Shown one piece after another: positions 63,219-64,000 of a stretch of DNA of 64,000 nt. Position 1 is the first letter of the stretch; each line of letters begins with the position of its first letter. Origin of the DNA: an uncultured Bacteroidota bacterium. GTDB lineage: Bacteria > Bacteroidota > Bacteroidia > Bacteroidales > DTGW01. The notes under the pieces were generated by a model that had not been told where the DNA came from, searched no databases, and worked only from the letters and a program-made list of their open reading frames with translations. The position numbers were made by a program, and so were the translations under genes. The DNA is taken from contig CAWKPE010000013.1 of assembly GCA_963851385.1 (NCBI GenBank), positions 233,753 to 297,752 on the forward strand, in the 5' to 3' direction.

Positions 63219-63323
63219 GTCTGAAAACTCGTTATTGCGAGCGGAGCGAAGCAATCTCTCTTTTTTAACAGATTGCTTCGTCATTTCATTCCTTGCAATG
63301 ACGTTCCGATTAACTTTTGTGAC
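63219..63323. mobile_element. MITE-like palindromic element, second member (outer gtctgaaaact / acttttgtgac; core cgttattgcgagcggagcgaagcaatct / agattgcttcgtcat..ttgcaatgacg)
   Basis: Imperfect inverted core arms at 63230-63257 and 63270-63303. The outer arms resemble those of the 17043-17201 element. Confidence 0.55.
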
Positions 63324-63367
63324 ACCATTACAACTGTAGAATCAAAATATTTACTAATATTTTTTAT

Positions 63368-63805
63368 ATGGAAAATATTTCAGAAACAAATGAATTCGTC
63401 GTAAAAGGTCAATCTATAAATGATCTTTATGAAACCCGAAAATGGACGTTGTTTTTAAGTATCTTCGGTATGATTTTTTTAGGTCTATTAGTATTATTTA
63501 CTTTGTTTATTACTACACATAATTCTGAAATTAACGGACAACCAATAAACATATTTTTTTCTAAAATTTCATTAATAATAATGACGATTTTATTTACCAT
63601 AATATACTTTTTCCCAATATATTTCTTACTACAATTTTCAAAATATTCAAAAAGGGCAATTAATTATAAAAATGAACATGATATTCAAATGACTTTTAAA
63701 TATTTAAAATATCATTTCAAATATATTGGTATTCTATTAATTATCTTTTTAGCATTTTATACTTTTATCGGACTAATAGTTCTTGTGACAAAATTGGTAA
63801 TCTAA
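63368..63805 (+). CDS. Hypothetical integral membrane protein (145 aa, ~4 TM)
   Basis: ATG ORF with four hydrophobic segments. Family uncertain. Confidence 0.55.
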   Translation: MENISETNEFVVKGQSINDLYETRKWTLFLSIFGMIFLGLLVLFTLFITTHNSEINGQPINIFFSKISLIIMTILFTIIYFFPIYFLLQFSKYSKRAINYKNEHDIQMTFKYLKYHFKYIGILLIIFLAFYTFIGLIVLVTKLVI

Positions 63806-63823
63806 GAATTTAACAAAATTCAT

Positions 63824-64000
63824 ATGAAACTTAAATTGTATTTTAAATTTATTCTGTGCATAGCATTATACATTGCAATTTCCGGGTTATCCAATGCACA
63901 GCAATTAAATAAACCTGTAAATCGTGAACACATACTAATGGATTTTGCCTGGCGATTTGCATTAGGTCATTCTTTTGATACAAACAAAGATTTTGGAAAT
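63824..64000 (+). CDS. Secreted protein, 3' end outside window (N-terminus reminiscent of Bacteroidota glycoside hydrolases)
   Basis: ATG at 63824, open to the window edge. Signal peptide ..GLSNAQ, then ..LMDFAWRFALGHSFD.., which resembles the ..W+F.LGD.. start of GH2-type enzymes (weak). Confidence 0.4.
   Translation, partial: MKLKLYFKFILCIALYIAISGLSNAQQLNKPVNREHILMDFAWRFALGHSFDTNKDFGN

Overview
AT-rich Bacteroidota-type chromosomal window. All homology calls come from motif recognition by eye; no searches were run. The backbone is housekeeping: tex, recG, an OstA-like/SurA/PpiD periplasmic chaperone block, guaB, gmk, nadD, mqnA, purB, cysE, an MsbA-like ABC exporter, a DUF349 protein, pyrG-yidC, a TPR-SpoIIE phosphatase, a PduO-type corrinoid adenosyltransferase, three tandem FKBP isomerases and tRNA-Arg(TCT). 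Four things stand out. (1) An ~8.4 kb segment (8.9-17.4 kb) is bracketed by 88-bp direct repeats consisting of the tex start codon plus its first 26 codons. It carries two secreted/T9SS-type surface proteins, an acyltransferase, hicBA, a G+C-rich candidate ncRNA, hairpin-module debris and a MITE-like palindrome, but no integrase. (2) Gene decay is conspicuous and clustered. A whole SusC/SusD locus, a DUF3108 gene, yicC, a LolD-like ABC ATPase, nrnA, a GNAT relic and a 1163-codon T9SS metzincin with one in-frame TAA are disrupted, while long core genes are intact. (3) A family of intergenic tandem arrays with 7-8 bp period and drifting unit sequence sits at gene 3' ends. The largest is a ~150-bp plus ~70-bp inverted pair between gmk and the ABC ATPase gene. 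(4) A ~30-nt motif is conserved at a fixed distance upstream of two unrelated secreted-protein genes. I found no CRISPR array, rRNA, transposase/integrase, reverse transcriptase or recognisable multi-gene defence system. The most novel-looking items are the tex-targeted island with its candidate ncRNA, the octamer arrays and the shared leader motif. Whether the frame disruptions are biological or assembly errors cannot be decided from this sequence alone.
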